A stretch of DNA of 64,000 bases, from positions 32,001-96,000 of IMG/VR virus record IMGVR_UViG_3300044959_000303; one strand, 5' to 3'. The stretch comes from a virus. The translations under genes and the position numbers were made by a program. The notes under the pieces are model-generated. The model was not told the DNA's origin. It did no database searches and saw only the letters and a program-made list of their open reading frames with translations. This document shows, piece by piece, positions 59,495 through 64,000 of the stretch (positions within the stretch are counted from its first letter, which is position 1; every line of letters begins with the position of its first letter).

Positions 59495-60124
59495 ATGAAA
59501 AAATTTCTCAAAAAAATCATACCTTTCTGGGCTGTTCCCGCTCATTGGGGGCTGGAAGGAGATTTGCTCGAAAGAGCAAAAATTCATTGGAACGAAAATG
59601 ACGAATATGAAAAAAACAGGAAACTGCTCGAACTCGAATTGAAAAATTTTCCCGACAAATTGAAACTGAAATTGCTCGAACTGGATTACAATTTCGGTAA
59701 AATCGATTCGGAAACATATGAAATACAGACGATAGAAATGAATTCTTCCTTGACGAAAGAAGAAAAAAGTCGAAAACTTCTCGAATTGAATTACAGACAT
59801 GGAAAAATGAGCAAAGACGAATATGAAAAAGAAATTGCAAATATCGAAAAAAGGCCTTGGGTGAAAGTCATCGGAGAAAATCTGAATTCGAACGATTCGA
59901 ATGTTTCGTTGGAAATGGAACTCGACTGGAATTCGTATTTCATAGAAGAATTGAAGAAAAGAGGCTATCGTGGAAGAAACGATACCGAAATTGTCGATCA
60001 ATGGTTGCACGATCTTTTCAAGACGACTCTGCTGGAGGCAGGATATTTCGAATTCGATGAAAATTACGATGGTTCTCTGGTACATCGCAGAGTTCTCGAA
60101 AATGATATCGAAGAATACGAGTAA
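59495..60124 (+). CDS. hypothetical jumbo-phage protein
   Basis: PWVKV, ELDWN.YFI..L...GY.G..D.EIVDQW motif. Confidence 0.75.
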   Translation: MKKFLKKIIPFWAVPAHWGLEGDLLERAKIHWNENDEYEKNRKLLELELKNFPDKLKLKLLELDYNFGKIDSETYEIQTIEMNSSLTKEEKSRKLLELNYRHGKMSKDEYEKEIANIEKRPWVKVIGENLNSNDSNVSLEMELDWNSYFIEELKKRGYRGRNDTEIVDQWLHDLFKTTLLEAGYFEFDENYDGSLVHRRVLENDIEEYE

Positions 60125-60172
60125 GAATACGAACAGGAATACGAACAGGAATACGAACAAGAATACGAGTAA
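60113..60172 (+). repeat. 5 x 12-bp tandem repeat (gaatacgaacag) spanning the stop codon
   Basis: Direct read. Confidence 0.85.
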
Positions 60173-60231
60173 AAGAATTTTTTCGAAAAAATTCTTCGAA
60201 AATTCTTTCGTTCCGTAGCAGGTTTTTTTCG

Positions 60232-61236
60232 ATGAACAAATATGATACTCTTGTTTTCGATCTGAATTCGATTTTCTACAGAAGTCGTCATGTCACGAAA
60301 GGTTCATTGGAAATGAAAACTTCCCTTGCTTTGCATGTAACCTTCAGAATCATCGAAAGACTGATTTCCGAATTTTCCTCTTCGAATACGAAAATGATTT
60401 TTGCTCTGGATGGAAAATCGTGGAGATACGAAATTTACAAGAATTACAAACTCGACAGAAGAATTGCAAAAGCAAAGAAAAGTCACGAAGAAAGAAAAGA
60501 AGATCGAAAATTCGAAGAAGTTTTTTTCGATTTTGTGAATTTTCTCGAAAAATTCACGAATTCGATCGTTCTTCGGCACGAATTTCTGGAAGCCGACGAT
60601 CTGATATCGGTTCTGTGCAGAAAATTCGATGTTCGAAAAACGCTCATAATTACAAACGACAATGATTTCGTACAATTGATAAATGAAAACGTGAATCTCT
60701 ATCTTGCACACAAAGATGTGATTCTGACAAAAAATTTCGCATTCACATTCGACGGCAAACCGGTTCACGTTTCGATCACGAACAAGGGAAAAATAAAAAT
60801 CGACAGAAACAGGGAACCGAACATTCTGAATGAAGACTGGACGGATTGGGCTCTGTTTCTGAAAATCTGCAGAGGTGATGCTTCCGATGGAATTTTTCCG
60901 ATCTGTCCGGGAACGAGAACAAATTCTCTGGAAAAAGTTTTTTTCGACAGGAAAAACAAGGGTTTTCACTGGAACAATTTCATGCTTTCCACATGGACGA
61001 ATTCTCGTGGAGACACTTTTCGTGTTCTCGATCGATATCGTGAAAATCAATTGTTGATAAATCTTCGGGAATTACCGAAAGAAATAGAAGAAGAAGCGAA
61101 AAAATGCATTTCGAATCGATTGAACAAGCCGAAAATAAATAATATCGGCATTCATTTTCTGAAATTTTGTGGAAAATACAATCTGATCGAAATTTCCCGA
61201 AGAGAAAATTTCTGGGCAAGAGTTTTTTCGAAATGA
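60232..61236 (+). CDS. rnh: RNase H / 5'-3' exonuclease (T4 rnh-like)
   Basis: D.NS.FYR, DGKSWR, YK..R, EADDLI, NDNDFVQL, GDASDGI motifs. Confidence 0.9.
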   Translation: MNKYDTLVFDLNSIFYRSRHVTKGSLEMKTSLALHVTFRIIERLISEFSSSNTKMIFALDGKSWRYEIYKNYKLDRRIAKAKKSHEERKEDRKFEEVFFDFVNFLEKFTNSIVLRHEFLEADDLISVLCRKFDVRKTLIITNDNDFVQLINENVNLYLAHKDVILTKNFAFTFDGKPVHVSITNKGKIKIDRNREPNILNEDWTDWALFLKICRGDASDGIFPICPGTRTNSLEKVFFDRKNKGFHWNNFMLSTWTNSRGDTFRVLDRYRENQLLINLRELPKEIEEEAKKCISNRLNKPKINNIGIHFLKFCGKYNLIEISRRENFWARVFSK

Positions 61237-61294
61237 TTTTTTTTCGACAATAGAATTTTTCAGTGAAATTTTTTTCGATTTCACGAGTACGAAA

Positions 61295-61519
61295 ATGAGC
61301 ATAGAAAGCCTGATTCGAAAACACAGAGAAGCTCTGAGAAAGAAACAGAAAAATATTCTTCTTTCGATGGAAGAAGCCGATATTCTGTTGAACGAACTGA
61401 TTTCCCTGATGAAAAAAGTTCACGAGAAAAATTTCGACAACCCGGACAATCGGGAGAGCGAAGTCATAAGTATCGATTTCGATTCCGGATTCTTTCCGTC
61501 TTCCGAAAAGAAAAAATGA
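61295..61519 (+). CDS. hypothetical protein
   Basis: 74 aa after rnh; LSMEEA..L and I.FDSG.F motifs. Confidence 0.6.
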   Translation: MSIESLIRKHREALRKKQKNILLSMEEADILLNELISLMKKVHEKNFDNPDNRESEVISIDFDSGFFPSSEKKK

Positions 61520-61575
61520 TATTTTTTTCCTGAAAAACAAGAAAAAAAAAGCAAAAACATGAAAATGGAGGAAAA

Positions 61576-61872
61576 ATGATTCGGCTCTTTTTGAAAAAGA
61601 ACTGTGTTCACAATGTTGTTCTCATAAATATTTTCGATAATCATGAAATCGACTATGCCATAGTATACAGTGAAAATGAAAAATGCCCATATGTTTCGAT
61701 TCGAACAGATCGTGAAAATGTGGAAATATCCGGTTTCGATGTCATTGTCAAGAGAATCGAATACATAAAGAATATTCTGGAAAAGGGTGCGGAAACAGAT
61801 GAAGAAAAAACCGAAAATTCTACTATCGAAAACAGATTCGAACTATTTCGTGAAAGAAATCATTCAGTCTGA
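61576..61872 (+). CDS. hypothetical protein
   Basis: GGAGG RBS; 3' end overlaps next gene. Confidence 0.45.
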   Translation: MIRLFLKKNCVHNVVLINIFDNHEIDYAIVYSENEKCPYVSIRTDRENVEISGFDVIVKRIEYIKNILEKGAETDEEKTENSTIENRFELFRERNHSV

Positions 61873-62062
61873 CAGAATCTATGTTGTTCTCTACGACAAC
61901 AAACCGTTCAACTACAAGATATCGAACAAGCTTCTGGACAATCATGTTCCGAAATACAGGAAAACGGTATTTCCCAATCCCGGATTTGCAAAAAATCTGG
62001 CGAAAAAATTGAACAGAATGTTCCACACGGACAAATTCACCGTAAAGGAAATTCAATTCTGA
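61799..62062 (+). CDS. hypothetical jumbo-phage protein
   Basis: KPKILL, Y.V.YD.KPFN, PKY.KT.FPNPG.A.NLAKKLN..F.TDKF.V motif; start placed at ATG 61799. Confidence 0.75.
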   Translation: MKKKPKILLSKTDSNYFVKEIIQSDRIYVVLYDNKPFNYKISNKLLDNHVPKYRKTVFPNPGFAKNLAKKLNRMFHTDKFTVKEIQF

Positions 62063-62078
62063 GAAAGTTTTTTCGAAA

Positions 62079-63914
62079 ATGTTTCGATATTCCGGAACTC
62101 TGAAATTTCGAAACAGAAAATACGAAATTGTCAGTTTCGATTCGAACGAATCGAACAATATTCTGAATTTTCTCGAACTTCGAAAAAATCTGCAGATTCC
62201 GATTTTCGATGCGTTGAAAAATCTTCGACCGGATCTGTTGAAAGTTTCTTTCGGGGAAAAAAAATATCTTCTGTCGATAATTCCCTCGTCGGGTGTCTGT
62301 TGTGATATTCATGTTTTTCTTTCTCTGGAAGAATACGAATCTGGTTTTTCGACGAATTTCACAAATGAAAACAGTATTCTGAAACAGATTCTGGATCTGA
62401 ACGACTACGGCATCGTGATCATACGAAATCAGAAAGTGATTTTCATCAACAGAACAATGGAAAAAATCGGTGGTTACAGTCTGGAAGAAGTTGTCGGAAA
62501 AAATTTCATCGATTTTTTCGATGAAAAGGAAAAAAGAAAAATTCTCGAAATACACCGCAAAAGAGCATCCATGGAGAACGAAGAACCGGAAAGAACATGG
62601 AAATCGGTTCTGGTGAAGAAAAATGGCGAAAAAATGTATGTCGAATGTAATGTTGCAAGAACGATTTTCGACAATGAAGATGCAGTGATCGCAATCGTGA
62701 AAGACATGACTCATTATCGAAAATTGTTGAATGTGCATCATGAAAGATATTATTACGACGACATGACGAAGACGATGAACCGGAACAGGCTCGTTGCCGA
62801 TTTTCCGAAAATTCACAGAAAATATGTCGGCATATGTGATCTGATTCGTTTCAAGTTCGTCAACGACAAATTCGGTTACATGTACGGAGACAATCTCATA
62901 AGAAAATTCGCAAATTTTCTGAAAGAACAGAAAATTGTCGAAAAAGTCTATCGATTGGGAGGAGACGAATTTTTTCTCGTTTTTTCGAAGAACGACATTT
63001 GCGAAATTCGAAAATTTTTCGAGTTTGCAAACGAAATTTCGAAAGAAATTCGTTTTCGTCTGGTGATTGCAGAAAAAAGAAAAAGTTTTCGAACCACGAT
63101 GGAAATTCTGGATTTCTGTCTGACGGAATCGAAAGAAAAATTCGTGAATTTCGTTTTTTTCGACAAGGAAAAAGAGACGATCTTCCGAAATCGTAAAAAA
63201 CTGTTTTCTGCGAAAAACGAAGAAATTCTCGATGACATTCACATTTTCTTCCAGAAGATTTTCGACAGGAATTCCAATTCGAAAGGTTTCGAAATTCTTT
63301 CCGGTTTTCGAAGTTTCTTCCTGAACAAGGAAGATGTGTTCCGGGAAATATACAAAAACGGACTGTCGATCGAATTCATGAATCGAATTCTGGAAAAGAT
63401 TTCGTTGTTCGTTTCCGGAAAAAATTTGCAGAACGAAAGAATTCACATCAATATCGACCATTCTCTTCTGGGAAATCAGTTCGAAGATTTTTTTCTCCTG
63501 TTGAAAAATTACGAAAGAATTCTGAATTCGAGTCGATTGATTCTGGAAATTACGGAAGAATACAATATTCTGACAGAAAAGGAATATGTTTCCAATCTTC
63601 TGAAGCTTCGTGAAAATTCCTTTCGTCTCGCTCTGGATGACATGGGCAGAAAATACAGTTCACTCGAATATGTTCTGAATATTCCTTTCGACATGATCAA
63701 ATTCGATCGAAAATTTTCCTTCGAACTGGAAAAAGAAAATTCGAAAGTCGAAAATCTCTTTTCGAAACTGGTATCGGTTCTGAAAGACGATCATATTCTC
63801 GTACTCGAAGGAATCGAAAATGAAAAGTCGTATGAAAAAGCACTGAAATACGATATCGACGAATTGCAGGGTTTCTTTCTACACAGACCGGAAAATTGCG
63901 ATTTTTCCCGATAG
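62079..63914 (+). CDS. PAS-GGDEF-EAL c-di-GMP metabolising enzyme
   Basis: PAS (N....KIGGYSLEEVVGKNF, KKNGE); GGDEF (D.MT..MNR, D...FKFVNDKFG..YGD, YRLGGDEF); EAL (FEIL, INI, LEITE, LDDMG..YSSL, IKFDR, LEGIE, LQGFF..P). Confidence 0.92.
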   Translation: MFRYSGTLKFRNRKYEIVSFDSNESNNILNFLELRKNLQIPIFDALKNLRPDLLKVSFGEKKYLLSIIPSSGVCCDIHVFLSLEEYESGFSTNFTNENSILKQILDLNDYGIVIIRNQKVIFINRTMEKIGGYSLEEVVGKNFIDFFDEKEKRKILEIHRKRASMENEEPERTWKSVLVKKNGEKMYVECNVARTIFDNEDAVIAIVKDMTHYRKLLNVHHERYYYDDMTKTMNRNRLVADFPKIHRKYVGICDLIRFKFVNDKFGYMYGDNLIRKFANFLKEQKIVEKVYRLGGDEFFLVFSKNDICEIRKFFEFANEISKEIRFRLVIAEKRKSFRTTMEILDFCLTESKEKFVNFVFFDKEKETIFRNRKKLFSAKNEEILDDIHIFFQKIFDRNSNSKGFEILSGFRSFFLNKEDVFREIYKNGLSIEFMNRILEKISLFVSGKNLQNERIHINIDHSLLGNQFEDFFLLLKNYERILNSSRLILEITEEYNILTEKEYVSNLLKLRENSFRLALDDMGRKYSSLEYVLNIPFDMIKFDRKFSFELEKENSKVENLFSKLVSVLKDDHILVLEGIENEKSYEKALKYDIDELQGFFLHRPENCDFSR

Positions 63915-63930
63915 TTTCATGTTCGGAATT

Positions 63931-64000
63931 TCATTCGGAAAGCAATTCAGGCTCCACGGTATAGACACCACATTCCCACAAACCGTCGCTTATCTTGTAA
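63931..64000 (-). CDS. possible C-terminal end of a gene entering from beyond the window
   Basis: Open frame YKISDGLWECGVYTVEPELLSE-TGA. Confidence 0.35.
   Translation of the reverse strand, partial: YKISDGLWECGVYTVEPELLSE

Overview
64 kb of an AT-rich, T4-superfamily jumbo myophage genome, read in the standard genetic code. It carries the baseplate module (gp6, gp25, gp5, hub, gp53, gp26/gp51-like), a gp55-like late sigma factor, gp46/47, a Holliday junction resolvase, and two paralogous tape-measure-like genes. The head module (portal, acidic core, protease, scaffold, major capsid), neck, tube and sheath genes, dUTPase, dNMP kinase, RNase H, a tRNA-Lys(CTT) and five HNH or PD-(D/E)XK endonucleases are also present. 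The standout is an accessory island (35.8-40.4 kb) between the tail-terminator and sheath genes. It holds a sigma70-driven operon resembling the Caulobacter holdfast-anchor / type VIII secretion genes hfaA-hfaB(CsgG)-hfaD, with an exported (A/S)T(A/S)VGNN-repeat amyloid-like subunit, two further exported proteins sharing a C-x10-C-[YF]-x-DEYND motif, and GDP-mannose 4,6-dehydratase. A PAS-GGDEF-EAL c-di-GMP enzyme lies at the window end; together these suggest a phage-encoded adhesion/biofilm toolkit. Other notable signals: a probable programmed -1 frameshift joining the gp26-like and gp51-like ORFs, three putative head-packaged ADP-ribosyltransferase-like paralogs, a patchwork of decayed local duplications, and strong YCGR enrichment with YTAR depletion. 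All family assignments come from motif recognition by eye; no searches were run.
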